A stretch of DNA of 64,000 nt from Eledone cirrhosa (lineage: Eukaryota). This document shows, one piece after another, positions 30,030-42,300 of this stretch; the stretch's first letter is position 1, and every line of letters starts with the position of its first letter. The notes under the pieces were generated by a model. The model saw only the letters and a program-made list of their open reading frames with translations. It was not told where the DNA came from and searched no databases. The stretch covers positions 27,094,001 through 27,158,000 of the forward strand of contig OZ024758.1 in NCBI GenBank assembly GCA_964016885.1, in the 5' to 3' direction. The position numbers were made by a program, and so were the translations under genes.

Positions 30030-30083
30030 CCTTGTAATGGTAATGGAAAAATGAACCTACAGTAACTCCAAGTTACACTCCCT

Positions 30084-30129
<46 letters not shown>

Positions 30130-30171
30130 TTTGGCTTGTATTGGCCGATAGTGCTTCTTATAGCTTTAATT

Positions 30172-30209
30172 GCCCTGATGAGTCCTTAATAGGACGAAAC
30201 ATTGTTGGC
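30172..30209 (+). ncRNA. Minimal hammerhead ribozyme
   Basis: GCC-CTGATGA-GTCC-TTAATA-GGAC-GAAAC-ATT-GTT-GGC, followed by AATAAA (30211). Confidence 0.82.
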
Positions 30210-30614
30210 TAATAAAGACTTTTGATGTATTGAAGGCTTCTTTGGTTTATTTACATAATGCTTCGGCTCTGTTTAATTACATTGAGCTATACTTTTACTG
30301 TCATTTCTATAATACGAAGAGGGTGTTTAACTCCAACACACTCTAATATTTTAATTCTTATATATATATATATATATATATATAGTTGAAAATTGCAAAC
30401 TTGACTGTCACCACACATTATGAACCTGAAGATTGCGAAAGCATGAAAGTACTTGTTCAATTAACACTTAACATTTAATATTCTACCATACTATTTCATT
30501 ATAATACCATTATAAATTTTAAAGGATTGTAAATAAAACGAGTAAATCAGACAAAGTTGGAATTCCTCTTATTAATATAATCTTCTATACACAATCATAC
30601 ACACCCGTGTATAT

Positions 30615-30689
<75 letters not shown>

Positions 30690-31085
30690 CATCAGAAGGC
30701 CGGACTGGAAATATCCCTTTAAAGTTTTAATGTTGCAAAAAACACTATGTATTTCTTTGAATGGCCTGGTTACGCACGACCCAGGCGACATAATCACGTC
30801 TGAATTGCACAATTAGTTAATCAATAAAAGAAATTACGATTTGAACACGTAATAGAATAATAGAGCAATATAGAATTTTTGGTGATTTAATGTTAAAGAA
30901 TAAAAACTAATGATAAAATAAAATTATATTTGAAATACGAGTCCCTCGAGGGTGTTATCCTAAGCTATAGCTTATAGGTAAGTCCAGAACTGAATTTAAG
31001 GCTAGCATAGAGGTGTAAATATTTCATTTTATTTGTTATCGCCAACAAAATATTTCGAGCAGTTAGACTCACGATTCTATAGCAA

Positions 31086-31211
31086 ATGATCTGCTGCTGT
31101 TTCCTTTATAACCACAGCAGATGATCTGCTGTTTCCTTTATAACCACAGCAGATGATCTGCTGTTTCCTTTATAACCACAACAGATGATCTGCTGTTTCC
31201 TTTATAACCAC
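31086..31211. repeat. 32-bp tandem repeat, about 4 copies
   Basis: Unit GATGATCTGCTGTTTCCTTTATAACCACAGCA. Confidence 0.9.
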
Positions 31212-31599
31212 ATGACACCCTTAATCAACCATAGCAATGGTCAACGTCACGCTACATTCTAGACTCGACAACCCAGACAAACCATATTGGAATCGTGTGA
31301 TTTAATGGGTACAAGGTTTAGCTTCTATTTCTAGCATGTCGAATGACTACAGAGAGGTTAACACACTAAGTCGTCTCTTTTCTATTATTCTGTGAGCTTT
31401 ATTCAATTGATAGTTTGAAAGTTATTTTGCTTTGAAAGTTATTTTGCTTTGAACTTTTTACCAATGCGTCACAGTTCAAAGAAAATATAATATATGTATG
31501 TATCTATCTATACACACATGCACGCGCGCGTGTGTGTACGCGTCTGTGTGTGTGCGTATATATATATATATATATACACATATATATATATATATATAT

Positions 31600-31640
<41 letters not shown>

Positions 31641-31663
31641 GTATAAAAATCAATACAATATAA

Positions 31664-31736
31664 TTACCTCATTACCAGAGGTTTCCCGAATGAGGCGAAT
31701 ACGAAAGAAACATCTTCATTCGTTCGTCAGACGAGG

Positions 31737-31739
<3 letters not shown>
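31664..31739 (-). ncRNA. Type I hammerhead ribozyme
   Basis: Minus strand reads TTGCCTCGT-CTGACGA-A-CGAATGA..TCATTCG-G-GAAAC-CTCTG-GTA-ATGAGGTAA. Stem I is 9 bp with two GU pairs and the cleavage triplet is GUA. Confidence 0.8.
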
Positions 31740-31780
<41 letters not shown>

Positions 31781-32297
31781 TATATATATAATATATATAT
31801 ATAATATATATATATATATATAGAGAGAGAGAAGAGAGAGATAAATAGATACATACATATTATATTATGTTATATACATATATATTATATACAATACATA
31901 TGTGTGTATGTATATGATATATATACACACACGCACACACACACACACATATACGCGCACATATAATATAGAGGAGGAAGAAATGTGAGAAATGCAGAAA
32001 AGCAAAAGATAGATGAGACTATATAGTAATATAGATTGTTTGGTGTGGAGGAGGAGGCACATAAAACACAGGATGGTAGGTAGAAATATAGATTAATACG
32101 AGTAGGTTAATAAAATAATAAAACGTAAGTTTTTAGTCCTTTAATTTGGTTTAGCCATCACGATGAAAGCCATGCTGGAGCAACACCTTTATTAGAAAAG
32201 GAAAGCGAGAGAAACATAACCAAATTAGCTGAATGAATAAATTGGAAACAGGACCCACTGGAAGGGATGTTTGGGGACTCTGTCACCACGACCCTCT

Positions 32298-32520
32298 CAA
32301 GAAGAAGAAGAAGAAGAAGAAGAAGAAGAAGAAGAAGAAGAAGAAGAAGAAAAAGAAGAAACATAAGAAGAAGAAAAAGAAGGCAAAGAAGAAGAAGGCA
32401 AAGAAGAAGAAAAAGAAGGCAAAGAAGAAGAAGGCAAAGAAGAAGAAGGCAAAGAAGAAGAAGAAGAAGAAGAAGAAGAAGAAGAAGAAGAAGAAGAAGA
32501 AGAAGAAGAAGAAGAAAGGA
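32298..32520. repeat. (GAA)n microsatellite
   Basis: Direct inspection. It may be the tail of a LINE 3' end at 32215-32297. Confidence 0.95.
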
Positions 32521-32623
32521 ATAAAGTAATGTTGTTAATACGAAGCATTATAAGATCTATAAAGTACCAGTAATGCACTGGGTAATTGCTGGCCTTGTGC
32601 CTAAAGTAGAAACAATTATAAGA

Positions 32624-33137
32624 TCTATATATATAAAACTGAGAATGTCTGTCTGTGTGTGTGTGAGTTTGAATTCCTAAAACTAGAGAAGCACCCAACC
32701 GACTGTTTTCAAACTTTACACATGTAATACTTGTTTCAGGGAGTGTTCCGAGCAAAAGAAAATTTCAAATTTTCAATGCCCTAGGGACCGCATTAGACGA
32801 TTTAGCGATCTCTCTCTATAATTCTTAGTCTTTCTCTTTTTAGATAGATACATACATATAACGTCGCGCCCTTATAATATCTGTCTGTATGTCTGCTTGT
32901 CTGCTGCATCCAGTTATTCAGCCACCCTTGCTCAAGACAAATCTCACACTCATTCCCCAAACAGTTGGTAAGTACACACAACTTCTTCCTCACATTTTCA
33001 GCCACAGTGTTGCTTACTTATGTACCACCAGACCCTTACTTCTTTGCCAGCCGTGGTTGTGGCAATACTAAGCTTAGCTAAGGCGGTTATATATTTCACA
33101 ATACCTTATCTCGTGCAACTCCGGGTACCACTGCTAG
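32624..33137 (+). mobile_element. Non-autonomous Helitron-like element
   Basis: Starts A|TCTATATATATAAAACTGAG..TGTCTGTCTGTG and ends with a decayed hairpin plus CTAG|T. Confidence 0.7.
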
Positions 33138-33262
33138 TATGCAATAAAAGACTAGGACAATGTGGTAGAAATGTGTGAAGGGCAAAGAATGACAAATAAA
33201 ACAAAACAAAGTAATGTAGGGGATTGGGTTAAATATTCCTAGTAAACTGTATGTATATATAG

Positions 33263-33343
<81 letters not shown>

Positions 33344-33344
33344 C

Positions 33345-33389
<45 letters not shown>

Positions 33390-33409
33390 GTATATATATG
33401 GCGTTTCTT

Positions 33410-33686
33410 AGGGCATTTTAAACCTGGCAGAGCCCACCCCTCTCCAGGCCTGAGTACAGCAGATTTCTTCCAGAGAAAGATAGAAAGCGAGAGAGAGGAA
33501 GTGAGAAAGAGATATAGGGGAAGAATCTACCCAGTATTAGACTGGTACTTTTTTTTATCGACTTCGAAAGGATGAAAGGCAAAGTTGACTTCGACGGGAT
33601 TTGAAATCGGAGTGCAGAGAGCCGGAACAAATACCGCAAAGTATTCTGTCTGATGTTCTAGCGACTCTGTCAAATTGTCCACCTTA
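33410..33686 (-). mobile_element. MetaSINE variant with an alternative 3' end
   Basis: tRNA head and Meta domain joined to a distinct segment that is shared with 50408-50673. Confidence 0.75.
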
Positions 33687-34600
33687 TTTCTGACATCGTG
33701 TCCAATATTTGTAATACTGTATGCAACTGTAGATCGGCATCTCTCCCTGTTCATTACATGCTGAGTTCAAATCCCACTCAGGTCAACCTTACCTTTCAAC
33801 GTTATGAGTTAGTCAATTAAATATATAATCGACTTTCATCTCCCTACAAATTACAGGCATTGTATATAGATTAGAAATCATGCAATGGTCAATTCAATTT
33901 TTGTGAGAAAGAAAGAAAGAAAGTAAAGGAAAGAAAAGAATAGAAAAAAAGAAAGGAAAATAAAAAAGAAATAAAAATAAAAAGAGAAAAAGAAAATAAA
34001 AGAAAAAAAAAGAAAAGAAAGAGAAAAAAAAAAAGAAAAAAAGAGAAAAAAAAAGCGAGAAAAAAAAAAGCAAGAAAAAAAGAGGAAAAAAAGAAAAGAA
34101 AGGCTTGATACAAATACATCATTTTGAAGACAAGTAACCCCCACCCCCAAAAACGTAGTAAATAAAGGAAACAACAGCAACGCCTAAGAAGTATTTAGAA
34201 GATAGATATGGAGTGGAAACAGGAATAAAAAGGAATAAACACTATAGTTTGAAGAATAGAAATATGTAAAAGATGAAGAAGTTAAGCAAATAATCAAATA
34301 GTTTCTGGAGATGGAAAAAAGTAAAATATGTTGGGTGAAAATGAAATTGTAATATAGACAAGCTTGGAAGCCATTATAGGGATTTATTACGATGAAACGA
34401 GAAACATGAATGATTAACAGTAAACAGTGTTTTGGCAGTTGTCAAGTGAGGGCCTATTCATTTATTGTCTTGTAAAATATATATATATATCAATTCAAGC
34501 ACTCAACGTTCTTATTCCAGATAGGAGTGACGGAGTAAATATCGAATAAGGAAAAGCTAAGTAGTTTCAGATGTTCTGAAACTACTTAGCTTTTTCTTAT

Positions 34601-34678
<78 letters not shown>

Positions 34679-35026
34679 ATTGTTCGATAATGAGTACTTA
34701 GAGATTCTATGAGAATAAGACTGGCTATAAGAATTGCATTGGTTAAGCAGAGAAAATGGAATGACAGAATTTCTTTTTTTTTTATAAGATAACATATACT
34801 TTTATCAATAAATGTCTCAGTGGTAAGATTGATTGAGTTAATATCGAGGTTTGAAATTAGAGGTTAGAATAATAAAGGAATATATGGTAGTGGGAAATTC
34901 AATATATCGGTGGTTTAATGGTGTAATGAGAAACTGCAAGAAACTGTTCATGCATAGTTTCGGATGAAAGACAAAGTACAAATGACCAAATCTTAGATGT
35001 TGATATAACATATTAATTTAGTGTAG

Positions 35027-38000
35027 GTAGGGTTGGATTAGAGAACTTAGAAAGGTTGTAATACATGTAGTGGATACATGTTAATCTAGTGAATGTAGGG
35101 TTTAACCAGAAAACATAGAAGGGTTGTAATACATGTAGTGGATACATGTTAATCTTGTGAATGTAGGGTTGGATTAGAGAACTTAGAAAGGTTGTAATAC
35201 ATGTAGTGGATACATGTTAATCTTGTGAATGAAGGGTTCAATTAGAAAACTTAAAAGAGCTGTAATACATGTAGTGGATACATGTTAATCTAGTGAATGT
35301 AGGGTTTAACCAGAAAACATAGAAGGGTTGTAATACATGTAGTGGATACATGTTAATCTTGTGAATGTAGGGTTGGATTAGAGAACTTAGAAAGGTTGTA
35401 ATACATGTAGTGGATACATGTTAATCTAGTGAATGTAGGGTTTAACCAGAAAACCTAGAAGGGTTGTAATACATGTAGTGGATACATGTTAATCTTGTGA
35501 ATGTAGGGTTTAACCAGAAAACCTAGAAGGGTTGTAATACATGTAGTGGATACATGTTAATCTTGTGAATGTAGGGTTGGATTAGAGAACTTAGAAAGGT
35601 TGTAATACATGTAGTGGATACATGTTAATCTAGTGAATGTAGGGTTTAACCAGAAAACATAGAAGGGTTGTAATACATGTAGTGGATACATGTTAATCTT
35701 GTGAATGTAGGGTTGGATTAGAGAACTTAGAAAGGTTGTAATACATGTAGTGGATACATGTTAATCTAGTGAATGTAGGGTTTAACCAGAAAACCTAGAA
35801 GGGTTGTAATACATGTAGTGGATACATGTTAATCTTGTGAATGTAGGGTTGGATTAGAGAACTTAGAAAGGTTGTAATACATGTAGTGGATACATGTTAA
35901 TCTAGTGAATGTAGGGTTTAACCAGAAAACCTAGAAGGGTTGTAATACATGTAGTGGATACATGTTAATCTTGTGAATGTAGGGTTGGATTAGAGAACTT
36001 AGAAAGGTTGTAATACATGTAGTGGATATATGTTAATCTTGTGAATGTAGGGTTGGATTAGAGAACTTAGAAAGGTTGTAATACATGTAGTGGATACATG
36101 TTAATCTTGTGAATGAAGGGTTCAATTAGAAAACTTAAAAGGGCTGTAATACATGTAGTGGATACATGTTAATCTAGTGAATGTAGGGTTTAACCAGAAA
36201 ACCTAGAAGGGTTGTAATACATGTAGTGGATATATGTTAATCTAGTGAATGTAGGGTTTAACCTGAAAACCTAGAAGGGTTGTAATACATGTAATGGATA
36301 CATGTTAATCTTGTGAATGTAGGGTTCAATTAGAAAACTTAGAATGGTTGTAATACATGTTAACCTTGTGAATGTAGGGTTCAATTAGAAAACCTAGAAT
36401 GGTTGTAATACATGTTAACCTTGTGAATGTAGGGTTCAATTAGAAAACCTAGAATGGTTGTAATACATGTTAACTTTGTGAATGTAGGGTTCAATTAGAA
36501 AACTTAGAATGGTTGTAATACATGTTAACCTTGTGAATGTAGGGTTCAATTAGAAAACTTAGAATGGTTGTAATACATGTTAACCTTGTGAATATAGGGT
36601 TCAATTAGAAAACCTAGAATGGTTGTAATACATGTTAATCTTGTGAATGTAGGGTTGAATTAGAAAACCTAGAATGGTTGTAATACATGTTAACCTTGTG
36701 AATGTAGGGTTGAATTAGAAAACCTAGAATGGTTGTAATACATGTTAATCTTGTGAATGTAGGGTTCAATTAGAAAACCTAGAATGGTTGTAATACATGT
36801 TAACCTTGTGAATGTAGGGTTCAATTAGAAAACCTAGAATGGTTGTAATACATGTTAACCTTGTGAATGTAGGGTTGAATTAGAAAACCTAGAATGGTTG
36901 TAATACATGTTAACCTTGTGAATGTAGGGTTCAATTAGAAAACCTAGAATGGTTGTAATACATGTTAATCTTGTGAATGTAGGGTTCAATTAGAAAACCT
37001 AGAATGGTTGTAATACATGTTAACCTTGTGAATGTAGGGTTCAATTAGAAAACCTAGAATTGTTGTAATACATATTAACCTTGTGAACGTAGGGTTCAAT
37101 TAGAAAACCTAGAATGGTTGTAATACATGTTAACCTTGTGAATATAGGGTTCAATTAGAAAACCTAGAATGGTTGTAATACATGTTAACATTGTGAATGT
37201 AGGGTCCAATTAGAAAACCTAGAATTGTTGTAATACATGTTAATCTTGTGAATGTAGGGTTCAATTAGAAAACCTAGAATTGTTGTAATACATGTTAATC
37301 TTGTGAATGTAGGGTTGAATTAGAAAACCTAGAATGGTTGTAATACATGTTAACCTTGTGAATGTAGGGTTCAATTAGAAAACCTAGAATTATTGTAATA
37401 CATGTTAATCTTGTGAATGTAGGGTTCAATTAGAAAACCTAGAATTGTTGTAATACATGTTAACCTTGTGAATGTAGGGTTCAATTAGAAAACCTAGAAT
37501 TGTTGTAATACATGTTAATCTTGTGAATGTAGGGTTGAATTAGAAAACATAGAATGGTTGTAATACATGTTAACCTTGTGAATGTAGGGTTGAATTAGAA
37601 AACCTAGAATGGTTGTAATACATGTTAATCTTGTGAATGTAGGGTTCAATTAGAAAACCTAGAATTGTTGTAATACATGTTAACCATGGGAATGTAGGGT
37701 TCAATTAGAAAACCTAGAATGGTTGTAATACATGTTAACCTTGTGAACGTAGGGTTCAATTAGAAAACCTAGAATGGTTGTAATACATGTTAACCTTGTG
37801 AATATAGGGTTCAATTAGAAAACCTAGAATGGTTGTTATACATGTTAACCTTGTGAATATAGGGTTCAATTAGAAAACCTAGAATGGTTGTAATACATGT
37901 TAACCTTGTGAACGTATGGTTCAATTAGAAAACCTAGAATTGTTGTAATACATGTTAATCTTGTGAATGTAGGGTCCAATTAGAAAACCTAGAATGGTTG

Positions 38001-38215
38001 TAATACATGTTAACCTTGTGAATATAGGGTTCAATTAGAAAACCTAGAATGGTTGTAATACATGTTAACCTTGTGAATGTAGGGTCCAATTAGAAAACCT
38101 AGAATGGTTGTAATACATGTTAACCTTGTGAATGTAGGGTTGAATTAGAAAACCTAGAATGGTTGTAATACATGTTAACCTTGTGAATGTAAGGTCCAAT
38201 TAGAAAACTTAGAAT
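35027..38215. repeat. Satellite array: 19 x 68-bp units, then about 34 x 55-bp units
   Basis: Period is 68 at 35027, 35095, 35163 and onward to 36318. Period is 55 from 36319 after loss of AGTGGATACATGT. Confidence 0.97.
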
Positions 38216-38477
38216 AGTAAGTCTATAAAATATACAGTTATAAAATAATTACAACAAACAACACAGGATTTATTTGTTGTGTTAGTTTGAGGGAGTGGAA
38301 GATCTATGACATTTCCTCTTAGTTTCGACAGAGGCAAACCAGTTTTCACATCTCACACAAAATTAATCTTATTTCTCCTCCTGTTTTTTGTCAATATCTT
38401 ACCTACCTTAAAATAAGATTTATCTAAGATCTTTGCAGGACCCCGTTTAAATGTGTTTCAATACACTGAGACATGTC

Positions 38478-39320
38478 TCTACTACTACTACTACTACTAC
38501 TACCGCTATCACTACTACTACTACTACTACCGCCATCACTACCATCACTACTACTACTACTACTACAATGTAAACACTGTCAGTCTGGTATAATGCCATC
38601 CCAAACATTTAAACAGTCAGTCGTAAAGTGCAAAATACAACAACTACTGCCACTACCACCACCACCACTACTACCACACCAATATTACCACCACCACCAC
38701 TACTACTACCACCACCACCACCACCACTACTACAACCACACCATTATTACCACCAACACCAACACCACTGCTACCACCACTACCACCACTACTACCACCA
38801 CCACCACCACTACTACCACCGCCACAACCACAATCAGTAGTAAAGTATAAAACAACTACCAACACTAGTGGTGGTGGTGGTGGAGTAGGTTGCAGTGGTG
38901 GTCGTGGTGGTGGTGGTTGCAGTGGTGGTGGTGGTGGTTGCAGTGGTGGTGGTGGTGGTGGCGGTGGAGAAGGTTGCAGTGGTGGTGGTGGTTATGGTGG
39001 TGGAGGGTGCAGTGGTGGTGGTGGTGGAGGTCGCAGTGGTGGTGGTGGAGGTTGTAGTGGTGGTGGTGGAGGAGGTTGCAGTGGTGGTGGTGGTGGTGGT
39101 GGTGCATTGGTGGTGGTGGTGCAGTGGTGGTAGTGGTGGTGGAGGTTGCAGTGGCGGTGGAGGTTGCAGTGGCAGTGGTGGTGGTAGTGGCGGTGGAGGT
39201 TGAAGTGGTGGTGGTTGTAGCGGTGGAGGTTGCAGTGGTGGTGGTGGTAGTAATAGTTTTGTTTGTGGTGATGTTGCTGATGGTGATGGTGACAGTGATA
39301 TTGTTGGTGGTGGTGTCGTT
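38478..39320. repeat. (CTA/CCA)n tract followed by (GTG)n tract
   Basis: Direct inspection. The strand composition switches at about 38850. Confidence 0.93.
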
Positions 39321-42300
39321 GTCGTTAGTGGCGGTGATAGTGCTGGTGTTGTAGATAGTGGTGTTGTTAGTGGCGGTGATAGTGCTGGTGTTGTAGATAG
39401 TGGTGTTGTTAGTGGTGGTGATAGTGCTGGTGTTGTAGATAGTGGTGTCGTTAGTGGCGGTGATAGTACTGGTGTTGTAGCTAGTGGTGTCGTTAGTGGT
39501 GGTGATAGTGCTGGTGTTGTAGATAGTGGTGTTGTTAGAGGCGGTGATAGCATTGGTGTTGTAGATAGTGGTGTTGTTAGTGGCGGTGATAGTGCTGGTG
39601 TTGTAGATAGTGGTGTTGTTAGTGGCGGTGATAGTGCTGGTGTTGTAGATAGTGGTGTTGTTGTGGCGGTGATAGTGCTGGTGTTGTAGATAGTGGTGTT
39701 GTATATAGTGGTGTTGTTAGTGGCGGTGATAGTGCTGGTGTTGTAGATAGTGGTGTAGTTAGTGGCGGTGATAGTGCTGGTGTTGTAGATAGTGGTGTTG
39801 TTAGTGGTGGTGATAGTGCTGGTGTTGTAGATAGTGGTGTTGTTAGAGGCGGTGATAGCATTGGTGTTGTAGATAGTGGTGTTGTTAGTGGCGGTGATAG
39901 TGCTGGTGTTGTAGATAGTGGTGTTGTTAGTGGCGGTGATAGTGCTGGTGTTGTAGATAGTGGTGTTGTTGTGGCGGTGATAGTGCTGGTGTTGTAGATA
40001 GTGGTGTTGTATATAGTGGTGTTGTTAGTGGCGGTGATAGTGCTGGTGTTGTAGATAGTGGTGTAGTTAGTGGCGGTGATAGTGCTGGTGTTGTAGATAG
40101 TGGTGTTGTTAGTGGTGGTGATAGTGCTGGTGTTGTAGATAGTGGTGTTGTTGTGGCGGTGATAGTGCTGGTGTTGTAGATAGTGGTGTTGTTAGTGGTG
40201 GTGATAGTGCTGGTGTTGTAGATAGTGGTGTTGTTAGTGGTGGTGATAGTGCTGGTGTTGTAGATAGTGGTGTTGTTGTGGCGGTGATAGTGCTGGTGTT
40301 GTAGATAGTGGTGTTGTTAGTGGTGGTGATAGTGCTGGTGTTGTAGATAGTGGTGTTGTTAGTGGTGGTGATAGTGCTGGTGTTGTAGATAGTGGTGTTG
40401 TTAGTGGTGGTGATAGTGCTGGTGTTGTAGATAGTGGTGTTGTTAGTGGTGGTGATAGTGCTGGTGTTGTAGATAGTGGTGTTGTTAGTGGTGGTGATAG
40501 TGCTGGTGTTGTAGATAGTGGTGTTGTTAGTGGCGGTGATAGTGCTGGTGTTGTAGATAGTGGTGTTGTTAGTGGTGGTGATAGTGCTGGTGTTGTAGAT
40601 AGTGGTGTTGTTAGTGGTGGTGATAGTGCTGGTGTTGTAGATAGTGGTGTGGTTGTGGTGGTGATAGTGCTGGTGTTGTAGATAGTGGTGTCGTTAGTGG
40701 CGGTGATAGTGCTGGTGTTGTATATAGTGGTGTTGTTAGTGGTGGTGATAGTGCTGGTGTTGTAGATAGTGGTGTTGTTAGTGGTGGTAATAGTGCTGGT
40801 GTTGTAGATAGTGGTGTTGTATATAGTGGTGTGGTTGTGGCGGTGATAGTGCTGGTGTTGTAGATAGTGGTGTTGTTAGTGGCGGTGATAGTACTGGTGT
40901 TGTAGATAGTGGTGTGGTTGTGGCGGTGATAGTGCTGGTGTTGTAGATAGTGGTGTTGTTGTGGCGGTGATAGTGTTGGTGTTGTAGATAGTGGTGTTGT
41001 TGTGGCGGTGATAGTGCTGGTGTTGTAGATAGTGGTGTTGTTAGTGGTGATGATAGTGCTGGTGTTGTAGATGGTGGTGTTGTTGTGGCGGTGATAGTGC
41101 TGTTGTTGTAGATAGTGGTGTCGTTAGTGACGGTGATAGTACTGGTGTTGTAGATAGTGGTGTTGTTAGTGGCGGTGGTAGTGCTGGTGTTGTAGATAGT
41201 GGTGTAGTTAGTGGTGGTGTTGTAGATAGTGGTGTCGTTAGTGGTGGTGATAGTGGTGGTGATAGTGCTGGTGTTGTAGATAGTGGTGTTGTTAGTGGTG
41301 GTGTTGTAGATAGTGGTGTTGTTAGTGGTGGTGATAGTGGTGGTGATAGTGCTGGTGTTGTAGATAGTGGTGTTGTTAGTGGTGGTGATAGTGCTGGTGT
41401 TGTAGATAGTGGTGTTGTTGTGGCGGTGATAGTGCTGGTGTTGTAGATAGTGTTGTTAGTGGCGGTGATAGCGCTGGTGTTGTAGATAGTGGTGTTGTTA
41501 GTGGTGATGATAGTGCTGTTGTTGTAGATAGTGGTGTTGTTAGTGGCGGTGATAGTGCTGGTGTTGTAGATAGTGGTGTCGTTAGTGGCGGTGATAGTGC
41601 TGGTGTTGTAGATAGTGGTGTTGTTGTGGCGGTGATAGTGTTGGTGTTGTAGATAGTGGTGTTGTTAGTGGTGGTGATAGTGCTGGTGTTGTAGATAGTG
41701 GTGTTGTTGTGGCGGTGATAGTGCTGGTGTTGTAGATAGTGGTGTGGTTGTGGTGGTGATAGTGTTGGTGTTGTAGATAATGGTGTTGTTAGTGGTGGTG
41801 ATAGTGCTGGTGTTGTAGATAGTGGTGTTGTTAGTGGTGGTGATAGTGCTGGTGTTGTAGATAGTGGTGTTGTTAGTGGTGGTGATAGTGCTGGTGTTGT
41901 AGATAGTGGTGTTGTTAGTGGCGGTGATAGTGCTGGTGTTGTAGATAGTGGTGTTGTTAGTGGTGGTGATAGTACTGGTGTTGTAGATAGTGGTGTTGTT
42001 AGTGGTGGTGATAGTGCTGGTGTTGTAGATAGTGGTGTTGTTAGTGGTGGTGATAGTGCTGGTGTTGTAGATAGTGTTGTTAGTGGTGGTGATAGTGCTG
42101 GTGTTGTAGATAGTGGTGTTGTTAGTGGTGGTGATAGTGCTGGTGTTGTAGATAGTGGTGTTAGTGGTGGTGATAGTGCTGGTGTTGTAGATAGTGGTGT
42201 TGTTAGTGGCGGTGATAGTGCTGGTGTTGTAGATAGTGGTGTTGTTAGTGGTGGTGATAGTGCTGGTGTTGTAGATAGTGGTGTTGTTAGTGGTGGTGAT

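Noticed and set aside
32233-32755. Poly-Lys/Arg/Ser (protamine-like) ORFs
   Set aside because: They are translations of a (GAA)n tract.
35027-38215. CRISPR-like alternation of constant and variable segments
   Set aside because: The variable parts are three recurring variants rather than unique spacers, there are no cas genes, and the context is eukaryotic.
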